From Octopus sinensis (taxonomy: Eukaryota): a stretch of 64,000 bases of DNA. Where the stretch lies: contig NC_042998.1 of the NCBI RefSeq assembly GCF_006345805.1, forward strand, positions 109,120,001 through 109,184,000, given 5' to 3'. Under the pieces are notes generated by a model, which made no database searches, was not told the DNA's origin, and was given only the letters and a program-made list of their open reading frames with translations. This document shows, piece after piece, positions 23,985 to 38,449 of the stretch. Made by a program: the position numbers and the translations under genes. Within the stretch, counting starts at the first letter, position 1. The number at the start of each line of letters is the position of its first letter.

Positions 23985-25205
23985 CTAATCTGACAAACCC
24001 ACACTTCTTCGTCTGGCCGAACTTGTTCTCTCGTTCGCGGGTGATTATTACCAACAGTTCTCGGGAGTGGCTATGGGGACAAGAATGGGCCCCAAGTATG
24101 CGAATTTGTTCGTTGGCTACATTGAGGCCCAAATATTCTCTGGATTCACTGCTCTCACTCCCGAACAATACGGCCGTTATATTGACGACTGTATTGGTGC
24201 GACTCGCTCTCCCGCGAATAACTAGACTCCTTCCTTTGTTTTGTTAAATCTTTCCATCCTGCCCTCGAATCCTCCTGCACTATTTCCAACACTTCCATCG
24301 CCTTTCTCGACATTTCGGTCAGCGTTCATCACATCACTCTCACCACTTCCATCCACTCATACCTCAACTTTTTCTCCTTCCACCCTACCCACACCAAACT
24401 CTCCATCCCCTACTCCCAAATCCTCCGTCTGCACAGGCTCTGGAGTGACAACCATGACTTTGAGACTCAGTCTCAAGTCATGGCTTGCTACTTCATCCTT
24501 CGCGGATATCCCATCACCGCTATCCACACCGCCCTTACCAGAACTGGTTCCGTGGACCGTGCATCTGCTTTCTTTCCCCGCACCCGCCTCGCTGTCACCT
24601 GTCTCCCGTTTCCCCTCACCTACTACCCCTCCAACGCACCATACTCCGAGCCTTCCGGCGACTCCAGTTCGACCCCTCCAATTTGCACATCTTCCCCAAC
24701 CTTCCCCTCTTCTCCTTCAACACGCCCCACTCCCATATGCCCACCCTACCCCACACCCTCGCTCCAGCCAATACTCTAACCCCAACCCACGCCCCACCCT
24801 TGCATCTCCCCACCCTGGCATCCCCCACACACCAACACCACCACCCCACACCCCACAACACCGCACCACACTGACCACTTTCTAGCACCCACACCATCAT
24901 CCACACACCTACACATACACACTCCCACACGTCAAGGACACCAGCCCCTGTCCAGACGCACACACACATTCACATACACACGCAGGCGCACATTCGTTTT
25001 GAGATCACCACTACTTTATTATCTCCCCTTCTTCCTAGCTCTCCTGTCTGACCACCTCTGTCCGGCCATCACCATGATTGACTGCTAGCTACTAAAGCTT
25101 TCTTTTTATTCTCTCTCCGTTTATTTTCTCGTGTTCCTTTCTGTTGAAGAGCGTAGGCTCGAAACGTAAAAGACTTTCTCACTTTCCCTAGCGTTAAACT
25201 AGTAT
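23985..25205 (+). pseudogene. Penelope-like element remnant: RT plus C-terminal region and terminal HHR-like motif (25137-25172)
   Basis: Peptides TLLRLAELVL..GDYYQQFSGVAMGTRMGPS, ANLFVGYIE, YGRYIDDCIGAT and HPPHTKLSIPYSQILRL..RGYP, with frameshifts. The terminus reads CTTT-CTGTTGA-A-GAGC-GTAG-GCTC-GAAAC-GTA-AAAG. Confidence 0.85.
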
Positions 25206-25420
25206 TTTTCCATGATATGATCAACCTGGTACGCTTTTGATCAGGTATCAGAGGACATGACACCCACTAGACAGAAGGATTCGTCATGCCAAGTTCATTG
25301 TGCAGAATATTCTCAACTCTCACGGTACTTGATAACACCACGATGTCAAATTTTGTCGATTTTGAAGAGGTCTTCTTTGAATAATCAAGTGTCGGTTTAC
25401 CTGGAAAGAAACAATACTGT
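25200..25420 (-). pseudogene. Mariner transposase remnant
   Basis: Minus strand translates to RVENILHNELGMTNPSV*WVSCPLIPDQKRTRLI, resembling ILHxxLGMxKVSARWVPRLLTPDQK. Confidence 0.7.
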
Positions 25421-25765
25421 TATTAAAATGATTAACTGAAAGTAATGTATGCAAGAATTCACAGCTCTAGCAGCACTCCTTCATAAGCACCCCGCTGAAC
25501 TTTTCAACCAGCCATCGTACTATGTTAAAAACTAAGTATACATTGGAAAGAGACGAAAGATGTCCCAACAATGACCGAAAACTGCCAGTAAATAGCAAAA
25601 GATCATATATAGCAGATGTCTATGAAACAGACAGACAGACAGACAGGTAGGTAGGTAGGTAGGGAGGTAGGTAGGGAGGGAGGAGGGGGTAGGTAGGTAT
25701 GTAGGTAGGTAGGTAGGTTGGTTGGTAGGTAGGTAGATAAATAGATAGATAGGAAAGTAGATGAG

Positions 25766-25827
<62 letters not shown>

Positions 25828-26335
25828 GAAAGTAGGTAGAAGGTAGATATATAGATAAATAAACATACTACATATCCATTCACATACACACACACACACA
25901 CACACTTATGCATTTATTAACTAAAGTACTGAGACAGCTTATATCAAGATAAGTTATAGAGGAATTTATATGCTCAACTATACATTTTCCCACCCTTTTC
26001 AAATAAATCACGAACTGAAACCATAATTCTCGCTTTGCAAAATAGATTGAAGAACAACTTGACTAGTTTCTGCAGATCATAACTGGCTCTTCAAGAGTAT
26101 TTTCCTATCTCGACAGAAAGAGTCAAGCAGCCAGCTTACAACGACTTAGGAAAATTCTGATGATCTACAGTGCTTGTAACTCATCAGATTTATTGCATAT
26201 CAGTCAGTACATTCGCTGGAGACGCTTATTAATTAACGATGTCAGGAAGCTAAGTATTGTTGTTAAAAGTAGACATATACAATTATTTACAACATATGCG
26301 TCATTGTATATATATACATGTATGTATAGTGTGTA

Positions 26336-26425
<90 letters not shown>

Positions 26426-26554
26426 ATCCAAACAAGAAAACAAAAAACACAACAACGCAAGGACGTGGAACAAATAAAGTATTATTGGACGCTCAGGAAA
26501 AAAGGGAAGAAGGAGGAATATATATATATGTGTATGTATGCATGTATGTATAAG

Positions 26555-26589
<35 letters not shown>

Positions 26590-26778
26590 ATGTATATGTA
26601 TATATATATATGGATTTATATATATGTATATGTATATATATGTATATATATATACGTACGTATATATATATATATATGTATGTATATAAATATATATATA
26701 TGTATGGATACATGTGTGTATATACGTATGTATATATATATGTGTGTATATATGTATGTATGTAAATATATATGTAAG

Positions 26779-26820
<42 letters not shown>

Positions 26821-28230
26821 CGTATATGCATGTTTATACATATGTATATATGTATGCTTAATTTCCCTATACGTTCGTACGTAATCACTTTTCATAACGT
26901 GCTCTCGGCTAAAATGTCGTTAATGACAGATAAATGTATTTCCACTTGTGTATTTGACACCTGAAATATTCATGTTAACATTAACCAACTCTCGCTAAAA
27001 TAGATATGGCCGTGTATTTTTTTAGTTCGTTATCAATCTGAGTTGTTGGATTGTGAAAACCGAAATCTACTTTTATTAATTATATTCTGAAATGATGGAT
27101 TAAGAGGAGTACCACATTGAGGGAAGGATCTTAAAAAAAAAAAACTATTATAATAATGTATATTTCCATTTTTCAGGTAATAGGGTATCTGGTTTGAGAA
27201 AGATTTGTAATTCTAGTTCTCATTGATCAAAAAGTAGTTTTGACTTGAAGGACTATATAGCAAAAAGTGATTTATAAATAAAGAAGAGCGTCAATAAATT
27301 AGTGATCTTAGAGTAATCAAATGTCTTTAAGTGACATGACAAAATATTTCTATTGCAAAACATCGAAGAAAATCTCGTAGGATGAGCATGTATTTGATTA
27401 CCTTTGATTTTGCTTTTAAATTTAATATTCAACTTATCGTTGATTATCGCAAAAAGTATTAACTAATATAGAAAGCAGCAATTAGAACAAGGTACAGACT
27501 ACGTGAAAGGGGAATGGTAACCATTCGAAACTTAAATGAATGTAACTGACACTGAATATTTTCGCCACTGTAGGAAAGTTGTAAAAGCAAAAAATGAATT
27601 TGTTTTTCCATAAAGGTAATCAATACTGCCTTGTATGTTCGTATATATGTTGTATGAGAAAATATAATGTGACATATTGTTGTTTAGGAAAGATTGAAAG
27701 AAAAATGATCATTTATTGTGAATTTCTTTCCGCTCTCCTTTATAAGATTAATTTCTTTATAAAGAAGAGGTTTTCAATAAATACTTTTGTCACGTGTTGT
27801 CACAGTCTTGTCACATTTCGACAATTATTTTTTTTTTAGTCTTCATTTTCCTGCAATAGATTTCCAATAGATGTCATCTCAAATATTCTCAACAAAGATG
27901 ATTTATATTCAGAGGGGATCGACTGGGTGAGCTAGGAAGAAGATGTAAACAAAAGGGGAAGAAGTGCCAGCGGGGAGGAGATAGTGGAAAGTATTAATGA
28001 AGATTTTGTTTTTCTTGGGGTGTTTGAAAACAACGCTGACCTTTCATTTCACACACACACGCACACGCACACACACGCACACGCATACGCACACATTTAT
28101 TGACATAGAACTATGTACACACACTGATTGCTTTAAACAGAAAGTGGGGAATAAGAATTCGAAGAAAAGACACTATGTAATAACAACGACTCTAATAATA
28201 ATAACAATGACTCTAATAACAGCGTGATAG

Positions 28231-28321
<91 letters not shown>

Positions 28322-28958
28322 AGATGATGACAAACGTGGTGGTGACTGATAATGTATTGAGAAGAGAGATATAATAGACGGGTAATAGATGTCAAAAAAG
28401 ACACACACACACACACACACACACATACATATGTATATGTGCATATATATGTGTGTACGCGCACGCGATCGTGTGTGAAGAAAACTAAGATTTGTTGTAT
28501 AACTATGACAGCTTGCTGTCACGGTGTGTCAGGTGCATTTCCTGTGTTGAAAGCTACTAGAAAGATCAATCTCGCCATGTTAACTATTGATAATATATCA
28601 GTTAATCATTTCGATCTGGACGTCAATCTTAGTTTTTTTTATAAGACTTTCATTAAGTAATCATTTCACTAAAACTGTATGTCAAGTAAAGTTAAAATAA
28701 TTATATTTCTAATGTCGTTAGGCGTAGTAGTTTGGCTGTGACTGACATTTTTCATTAATATCTAAGTCAATATACATTGATACTTGTAAATATTAGCAAA
28801 CCAATTTTTTTAATCAAAAGATTAACATACACATACACACACAGAAATACATATGCATGCATACTCAAACACACTCATATACGTACTTATATGAATACAT
28901 ACAACCACATGTAATGTTTCAATAAATAGATGTATTTTAATGATTTAATGATTTAGCC

Positions 28959-29328
28959 CAGTGGTTCTCAACCAGTTTTTCACCTATGGACCCCTTTGAT
29001 ATCTATTTTATTCTGGTGGACCACCATAGCCATTCGATGTTTTATAACTAGTTTAATAAATATTTTCTTCAAAATTCCTGCTTTGTCACATGTTCACTTG
29101 CGTAGATTTGCAATAGCACTCACTGAGATAACATATTTCAGTTGCCGGAAACATGTTAAGCTATGTAAAACGTTAGTGAAAGAAACGTAGCTGTTTCTTG
29201 CAATGAATACATCTCAAAATTATTTCATCAACCCTTAAAATACTACTGTGGATTCTCAATTTACTATTTTGTTTGTGTAGACCCTCACCGACAATCTTAC
29301 ATGGACCACTAGAGGGTGAACACCGCTG
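28959..29328. mobile_element. Non-autonomous hAT (Charlie/Buster-type) MITE, 370 bp
   Basis: Imperfect TIRs CAGTGGTTCTCAACC / GGTGAACACCGCTG. TSD ATTTAGCC / ATTTAGTC (7 of 8 identical, central TA). Confidence 0.75.
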
Positions 29329-29830
29329 ATTTAGTCTATGATGAAAGACAGTGTGACCATAGACTTTCTAAAGTCTCATTCTTCCCGGCAAGGAAAGAAA
29401 TGTCGTTTAAGGAAAGAGTTTAAATTCATTATATGGTTTCCATTTTTCTAAGGAAGCATACAGAGAGGGGGAATGTTTAAGAAAGATGAAATTGTAAAGA
29501 GGTATCTTTTGAAATAGTGCTTGATACGGGTTCTATATAGTTTGAAGCACCTACAGTGAGCTATATAAAGATATATAGTTTACAAAAAGCAAATCGAGAG
29601 GAACAGATCATTGTAGTAGCAGCAGTAAAAGAGACAAATAGTGGAGATAAGTTAGTTTTGGTTTGTGGTTGATGAGTGTTCGTGAATAAAAGTTTATTCA
29701 AAAGGTGAGTTCCAGTCTGGTATGATCTAGAAAAGTGTGTGAATTGTAGTATTGTTCCAATAGAGTAAAATATTTTGTATGAAGGAAATACTTTTCAGAG
29801 TTCGAATGATTTTTAGCAGTGAAAACTCTA

Positions 29831-29889
<59 letters not shown>

Positions 29890-32866
29890 TGTGTGTGTGA
29901 GTGTATTTGTGGGTGTGCGTGTGATTCAAAGGTGACTACGTGCTTTATGTTGGTTTATTCTGAATGTTGTTTGCAATAATAATCAAGGCTACTATTTTTA
30001 AAGAAATATGAATAGCACGAGTGAGATAGTGTTTAGTGGTGTTGTTTGATGTTATAGAATCTACTTTGTATGATGACGGTTCACTCCGTTTATGGTATTT
30101 TGCCCATCCGTGAAACTGTCGAATTTGAATGTGGTGAAACCTTTAGTAAGAACAGGGGAAACTAAAGTGCTAGTTTGTATTGGAATTTGCTTCAGTTGAA
30201 ATAATAGCGAATCGCTTGCTTAGTTGAAAGAAATCTTTGAAAAGATAACTAGTCATTGAATCTCATCGAATCTGGTAAGCATTACAGAAAGGTCCAAATT
30301 CAGGTTATTATTTATGACTGAAGTCTATGGTTTGGCAGCTTTGACAGAAGATTATGATGCAAACTTATAAACTTGTACGATTCATAATGAAATGCATTCT
30401 GATAGCCAAGTATTTCTAACATTGAAACAACGTCACACATTCTGGTAATAAGAGTTGGGCGCTTTATTCTGAAACTGTTTATTATCTAACTTAGTAAAAG
30501 GTATCTTCAGTCAGACTGAATTTGTAGGCATTATTTTTGTAGTATAAAGTAAAGGAAATACCTTTCAAATGAAGAAATGCCTATAATTGTTTCCTTGACC
30601 ATAGAGATTTTTCAGATGATAATTTTTGACAGATAGTTGGCAAAGTATATTTGTTTTATTTGGAAGCGAGAGTGATAGAAGACTTGCTTGTTTCCCTACT
30701 ACAGTTAAGTATGCTTAATGAAAAGAGAGTTAAAGTATGTTATAAATATAGGCACCAGTTCCAAAACATTTTTGTGGACGATTCACTGAGGGTGTTTCTA
30801 TGTAGCTGCCCAACCGGATTGTAATAGCAGCTAAATACCCCTAAACAGAGTATATTGCAGGTGAAACCGGATAGACAATGTTAGAGATTAAGATATTATA
30901 GACACAAATGGAAGACATTTGAAAGCTATGCTCTCTCGGGACTAAACAACAGCTGCTTGAAGACGATGGTAGATACATCGATTTGATAGATCACTTTATT
31001 GTTTGGAAAACGGAAGGAATGCTTGATTGATCAGTGCACGTGAGAGTACGTGAGGCGAAATCACGAAAGAGTGTTTAGGAAGGATTTGTTGCATGAATGC
31101 AGAGTAGAATTTGAAGCAAAATACACGAAAATATAGAGGCCTAGTATTTAAGGAGTTCTACTTAAAAAACCAAGATGTTGGAATGGTGGTGAGTAGGAAG
31201 ATTGAAAAGTTGAATAAGATTCTTTTGACAAGAGTTAGAATAGGCAACAGCAGTAGGACAAACAATGAATTACTGTTGGACATAAGTTGCTCGGAAACCT
31301 CATTTGTTCTCTTGGTTATTGTATTAAAAATGGTTTGTTTTAATTCTAATATATTCTGATAGTTCACAGAAGGCGATTTCTATGCATTTCACATAGGATA
31401 TTTACTACAATGCTTGCAACATAGTTGTTAATAAACCAATGACAATGTATTGACATTACAGTTTTGATAGTGTAATGTACGTAAAGAAATGTATCTCAGC
31501 TTTTGCTTGTCATTTCGTTGGTATTCACAGTGTATAACATACTTCCGCTTTGTAGAAAACAGCATCACTATTGCTGTAACTACAAACAATTATCATGCCA
31601 GAACTACTACTAACACCACTTTTATTACTGCTCTTAGCAATACTGCTGCTCCAACCATAGCAATTACGACTATTCCTGCTTCTACACTGCCTCTTCTTTA
31701 GTTTTATTCTGCTCTCCATTTCCAGTTACTGTTTCTGCCATTAATATGGCAGAGTTAAGTTTCTTTTCTAATTTTGTTTTCTTGATTTTCTTCTTTTCTT
31801 TTTTCATCGGTAACAAGACATTTAGAAATGTGTCTATATCAAGCTCAGTCTGTCACAGAAAGTTGGTCATTGTACTTCGTCTTGTTCTCTCTATATTCTG
31901 GTCATTTCATTGCTTCTCAGACAGTCTCTTAATTACAAAATATAAGTTTTATTCCATTATGTATTCGACTTCTATTCAGGGTACTGAAGTAATTAACTGT
32001 AATGTCAGTCAATTGTCTTCGTTATTAGATAACTGTTCAATTGCTAATAGATGTTTTTTTTTAAATAATTTTTATCATCACGGGTTGTAAGATAATGAAG
32101 TTGGAAGATGTATTAACTACATGCTTTTCCTCATTGTCTACGTTCCACGTTCATTAGTTCGAAACCTGCCAGCGTCTTCTAAAAACGATAATATGACTAC
32201 CTAGTAATGCACTATTGCTTGACAATCTATTATCAAGTATTCTCGTGCAGACATGTCTTATCTACTGCATTAATTAATGTGTTAATAGTTTTAGAATTGT
32301 CAAACTGCTTTAAACCTCATTACCTTGCAGTAATACATTTCCTCAACTACAGTACATAAAACATTACATGTCACAACTACACTATACAACTACACTACAT
32401 GATAGAATATGCCACAGCTAGGCTATATGACAAACACTATTGCAGTTACACTACATGCCACAACTACACTAAATAACACAATTATACATGCCTCAGCTGG
32501 CACAAATACATGCCAGAGCAATACAACATAACACAGCTCAGCATGATTAGAAAGCTGAATCTAATACCCTCTTACTCGTGTATTTTCTGTTTTCTAAAAT
32601 ATTATCAAAAATCGTATTATTAAAATGCAAAACGTAGAACAATAAAGGAAGCATTTGTTATTAAGAAAATTAAAGCAAACTGCATCGATTCTGTTTTTGT
32701 TTTTTTGTTTTTTACTTTTTTTTCTTATGGTAGCTATAGACTTATTGCTAAAGTTTAACAGTAGGACGAAGACCAACTTCTAAAATGACTGTGAAATATA
32801 GTCTTCGATATCCTACTTCAACTGTAGATATTATGTATTAGATAGATAGATAGATAGATAGGTAGG

Positions 32867-32940
<74 letters not shown>

Positions 32941-33559
32941 CATACATACATACATACATACATACATACATACATAATACATACATACATACATGCATAC
33001 ATACATACATAGAGAGAGGGGGGGAGAGAGTAAGAGACGGGCAGGCAGGTAGGCAGCATGGCAAGAAGGCAGACAGACAGATGTGATTATCAGAGTGATT
33101 ATCAGAAAACCGCCAGGAAGACTTTGATCCTGCTAGTAACCAGGAATGTTGCAGACCTTTATATTTACTCTGCTTGCATTCACAAGATTGGGAATTCTTA
33201 CATGACAGTTTCTTTAAAATTAATATATTCCACTAAAGCACCGGGTTTAAAGTAAGCCCTGGAAGTAAATTGAGCTGACGGAAACTATGGAAAAGCCAAG
33301 TTTATGTAATTCTATGAGGTAGTTATGTCACATATTGCATCACGCTTGGAACGTCTATCTTCGAAATACTCGGACCTAGAACTCTTAATGTTAAAACCAA
33401 TGCAAGACCCATTTACTTTAAATATCAAGCTCCATTTGCTCTCTCTTTCTAATTTTATTTAAACCTTGGATTTCCAATTTCTCGCGACAATTCAACAGTT
33501 GCCTTGATGATGTTCACTGGCATCATTCAAGACCACGCCCATAAGAAGTGCAATCGAAC

Positions 33560-33740
33560 AAATCCAAGCACTGGGTTGGTAATTATTCTATCGACTCCAA
33601 AAGAATGAAAGGTCAAATTGATCACGACGAGGTTTGAACTCAGAACTGAACAGTACAGTACTAAATAGCGTAAGGCATTTAAATATACTAAATAACTCAC
33701 GTATTTAGTTCGGTTCCCTACTGATTCTGATAGTACATCA
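33560..33740 (-). mobile_element. Degenerate OK-like SINE
   Basis: atcgactccaaaagaatgaaagg...tttgaactcagaac. Confidence 0.5.
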
Positions 33741-34682
33741 TCCTTGAACTTTAACCTAATAATAAACCAAAATAATGTGCTTACAATATTTTTCTATCTA
33801 TACCTGTGTCGAGACAAGCTTGATTAACTAAATAAATCTTAATACTTGCCTGTAAGTCATTCCTCTGTTTTAATTTCACTTATTTCACTTTCTTATTCAA
33901 TTCATGCATTTTATCCAAAACAGTCGAACGATACTTGCATAATTTATGCCAATTAGATATAATTAAGAGAAGAAAATCTTATCAATACTTCCTGAAACCG
34001 AATATATATATTGGTTCCATTGTTTACTTTCTATTGATTGAATCTACATAAATTAGTTTTGGCGTTGATATTAGCGTTAAGGTAGCCTAGATCACGTGCT
34101 TATACTTCACATCTAGAGGTACATTTAGGGATATTCACACATGAATATATTTATGTAAGTGATTTGCTTTACGTTGAATCAGAATTTTTCAAAATATAAT
34201 TATTAAATCGTTATGAAAAGCGTTATTTTATCATTGACCAGTCTTCTGTAAACATATGAAAGGTCCCTGCAATACTATAGAGCAACAATAATGATGGTAA
34301 TGACGAGGATCTTGAAGAAAGGAAAGAGACTATCTTAGAATCTCACTTTATATATAAGCTAGTTTATATATAAGCTACTTTAACTAAAATTATCATTTCA
34401 TTGCCACTCAATCTTCCTGAAATTACACTCTATGCTTTTAGGAAAAGGAAGAATGTGATTGATAATGTAATCCTAGCATCACTAAATAACAGGATGGTTA
34501 CAAGTGGAATAACTTTCGACATAGACCTACTGGATCAAGACTGACATTTCACCCCATTGAAAGACAACAATGAAACTGAAATACAATTATAAAGTTTATA
34601 TGTTGGACTACCAGTTAAAATGGGATTAAAACCTAAAAAATAATCGATAACACTGGATATACATCTGAATGGTCTAATATTA

Positions 34683-34843
34683 GTTTCCAAATTTGGCACA
34701 GGGCCAGAAATTTTTAGCGGGGTGGGTAAGTCACTTACATCGACTCCAGTGCTCAAATGGTACTTATTTTATCGACCCCGAAAGGCAAAGACGACCTCGG
34801 CGTAATTTGAACTCAGAACGTAAAGACGATCGAAATGCCGCTA
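34683..34843 (-). mobile_element. OK-like SINE
   Basis: tttccaaatttggcaca...ggtacttattttatcgaccccgaaagg...tttgaactcagaacgta. Confidence 0.7.
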
Positions 34844-35082
34844 TATATATACATGGATGTAGATGTTTTATTTTTATCTTTTATAATACATTTCCTTCTT
34901 CATTCCGATAAAAGTTAGCTTGTTAGAAAGGAACAAGGTCCCATCACTAGAATTTAGGTAACAGAAACAGTGAAGTGTGACATGCTAAACGTTTGAAAAT
35001 TTTTGCGAATTTTTCACTATTCCCTTTACATATTGTATTTGCAAAGTCCGCGTTAGCGTGTAACTGCTAGATGTTGCACGCT

Positions 35083-35135
<53 letters not shown>

Positions 35136-36330
35136 TGTGTGCGTGCGTGCGTGAGAGAGAGAGAAAGAGAATTTCAACTTCATTAGATTGTCACTTAAAA
35201 TGACGCAAATCCAAATGCACCTACAATTATACGTATAAAAGTGAATATTTAATCAGGGTAGCGAAGGTGTAGATATCAAAAAAGCTATCGGTAATATTGT
35301 TTTCCTCACTGATTCAAAAAATATATCAATATCAACAGAGAATGTCCCACCAATATTTCTTGTGCTTAGTCGTAAGTATATATTCAAAAATAGAACTATT
35401 TATAATTTTTTCCCCGGTGAAGTTTTGAATGTATGTATGTATGTATGTATGTATGTATGTATGTATGTATGTATATATGTGTGTATGTATGTGTGTGTGT
35501 GTGTATGTGTGTGTGTGTGTTCTCTTTTGTTTTTAATTATTTAAATTCTTCTGAGGAAGGATCTGGTTTCTCTATATAGACACAAAGCTCCATCGTTGGA
35601 ATGTAGTTAACGAAAACGATGTCACATTTTAAACTTGAGAAAAGTCTTGTCTATTTTTTTACTATTTCACTTACAGATTGTGTTTGTAATTTGCGACTTG
35701 GTTGATTTCTTTTTCTGAAAACCCAAGCTTATCCAGACTGTCAGTTAGACATTTACTTACAAAACTAAGTGCACCAATTATCATTGGTAAAAATCTAAAT
35801 TTCTAATCTGGATATAAAAGCTGGTATCCCCTTTCTCTTTGATTTTCAGAGATATCCACATCAGCAGACAGCTGACCTCTATGACGGTACATCCTTTTTC
35901 ATGTCTGTCCCACACAACAATATCCAACCTGTTATGTTTACACTTTTCAGATGTTTTGGTGCGAATGTTCCTCTACTATTCCTTGTGTTGTTGTTTGTTT
36001 GCGTATTCAATAACTGCGGCATTCTCTATATTTATTCCAAGATAGTCATCTTTCTGGATGGAACTGCATATAGTTTATGCGTCTCAGAGATGGGTATTAT
36101 CTTGAAGACATTTTAGGGTAGCTGCTTATCCAGCGTGTGATGTTTTCTACGGAAATATGACATAATTTACATTTTCAATTGCATCTTGTAACTCCAAGGG
36201 CATCACTGTTTCTTTTGTTTCTTAAATATTTAATAGCTATCTCCTGTTCTTGGTTTGCAAATGCATAGCCTTCGAAGTGTGATGTCACGAGTCCAAGAGA
36301 GGCTCACTTCATGTCAATATTATTCTCTTC

Positions 36331-36527
36331 GAAGGCGGTGAACTGGCAGAATCGTGAGCACGGTGGGCAAAATGTTTAGCGGCTTTTCGTCCGTCCTTAC
36401 CTTCTGAGTTCAAATTCCACCGAGCTCGACTTTGTCATCCTTTCGGGTCAATAAAATAAGTAACAGTTGATGGAATCAACTTACTCCTCCTCCGAACTTG
36501 CTAGCCTTGTGCAAAAATTTGGGATCA
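36331..36527 (+). mobile_element. OK-like SINE
   Basis: gaaggcggtgaactggcagaatcg...ctgagttcaaattcc...gccttgtgcaaaaattt. Confidence 0.7.
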
Positions 36528-38210
36528 ATATTACTATTTTCTTCAAGTATTCGGGAAATATATCCATGCGTAGTCCTTTTTTATATTTTTTGCATGCGTT
36601 TCACATCCAGGTCTTCTTTGAGGTATGTTAGTCCGGCTGTTTGGGGGTTGTGTGGGAGGTTATCAGGAAGAGAATGCTTCCTGAGAAGCTCGCTGCCGAC
36701 ATGTAGGTAATTGTTATAGCAAGTGTTGTCTGAGGGAGACTATACGACATCCGAAGGCTGTCTGCACTGATGTCCAGCCTTTCTTTCCTTTATCTCTTCT
36801 TAGCTACAGCCTGTTGATATCACTGTTCCTATGGAAATTTCTAGTTGATGTCAGTATTTTGTGTGCTTTAATGTCTTCAGAGGGAGTGGATTTCTTTTAC
36901 AAACCAGTCAAGTATCCCAAGTGTTGGAATCAGCACTGGTACTGGAAAGGCATTGTGAGATAACGTCTTGTTGTAAGACGAGAATTCCGAATGCCATATT
37001 TTTCTAAGTTTGGCAGAATATTCTCGAGTCAGTCTTTTCACAACGCCTTTATATGATACGTTTCAATGCCTAGATACTTGTAGCATTCTTTGTATGGGTT
37101 AGGAAAGATAGTGAGACCACTGATTCACAGGTTTGTGGGTCTGGGTGACGGATTTCCCCTGTTCAACAAATATGAACATTTCTTTTAGCCAAATTCCATT
37201 CTTATGTCAGCTGAAAATATTGTAACTAATTCCAGCCTGTCTTTTGTTTTTTGGTTTGTTTTGGTTTTTCTTTTGGCATTGTTAACATTTTTAGCATAAA
37301 TCTTGAGGTCATCCAAAGAGATTATGGGTTACATTAATATATCTAGCAGCTGCAGAACGTAGCATATAGCCATTTTATTTTTATAACAGCGGTGATAATG
37401 GATTTAATGTCAAAATGAACAGAATTACAGAGTGACTATCTCTTTTGGATATTCTCTTTGAAATACTTATAACAGTGGAGACGTCGTTTCGCTCTCAGTT
37501 CTAAGTGTAAAAATTGTGAGCCTCTCAGTGGCAGAATTTAATATAGCACGTACTTTTGCCAAATGGAGACACTTCAGCAGCCATGAGTGAGGAATAGAGT
37601 CAAAAGTCTTCCTATCAGTTTTTTTCTTTTTACTTCAGGCAGTACAACTTTATTTGTCGAAAGTTGTTCGGCACATCCACACAATCCCTTCTTTCCACCG
37701 GCCTGTTGATCAGTCACTATGTTGTCGGACTCACAATGATCCTGGAGGAATTGGTTGAGGCAGCTCGTTGAAAGTTTGTACATGATGATTAGGCAAGCAA
37801 TGGGTCTATAGTTTTCAGGCAACTCGTTATTTCATTCAGGGCTACAAGATTGTCCGTGCTGTAGCAAGCCAATTTGGTATGTCAATCTGGCCTTCCATAG
37901 TTCTTCTGAATATACATATTAGTAGTTTCCTGTAAACTGTCGGCCTCTTATACCAGTATCCAACTATCATGTTCCTTTTAGGTGCTTTCTCATTATACAG
38001 TTTGTCTACAGCTGTGGTGAAAGTTTCCGAGTCAATTGCATATGTTTTACTGTTGGTGTTGGTACAGTACTTTCCCCTCGCTGTATTTAGCCACGGTGCC
38101 TTAATGTTGAGACCCAAATTTTCAGCCAGAATGATTCGAGGCCTTCTTGAAAGGTTCCTTTCTTAACGATAATATTTTCCTTCCTTATCTCTCCGTATAA
38201 TATCGTTTGC
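36520..38210 (-). pseudogene. R4/Dong-like LINE RT remnant (largest LINE fragment in the window)
   Basis: ORF-track peptides include IVGYWYK...WLATARTIL (37842-38117) and PENYRPIACL..MYKL...QQAGGKKG..GCAEQL (37574-37822). The decayed GDSLS/LNPLS region lies near 37400. Confidence 0.85.
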
Positions 38211-38374
38211 TATCCAAACTATGGATTTTTGTTTATGCTTGCAAACTTCAGCTTACTGTTTCTTTCTACTACAGATATATGTATGTATTTAAGTATTCAT
38301 TTTAGTATATTACTATGTATGTACATACACATTTATGTTAGTTTTTATTTTGTGTATGAGTGTGTGTGTGTGTT

Positions 38375-38449
<75 letters not shown>

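Noticed and set aside
26156-26188. TCTGATGA/TCATCAGA hairpin with CTGATGA on both strands
   Set aside because: A simple hairpin; GAAA is absent on both strands.
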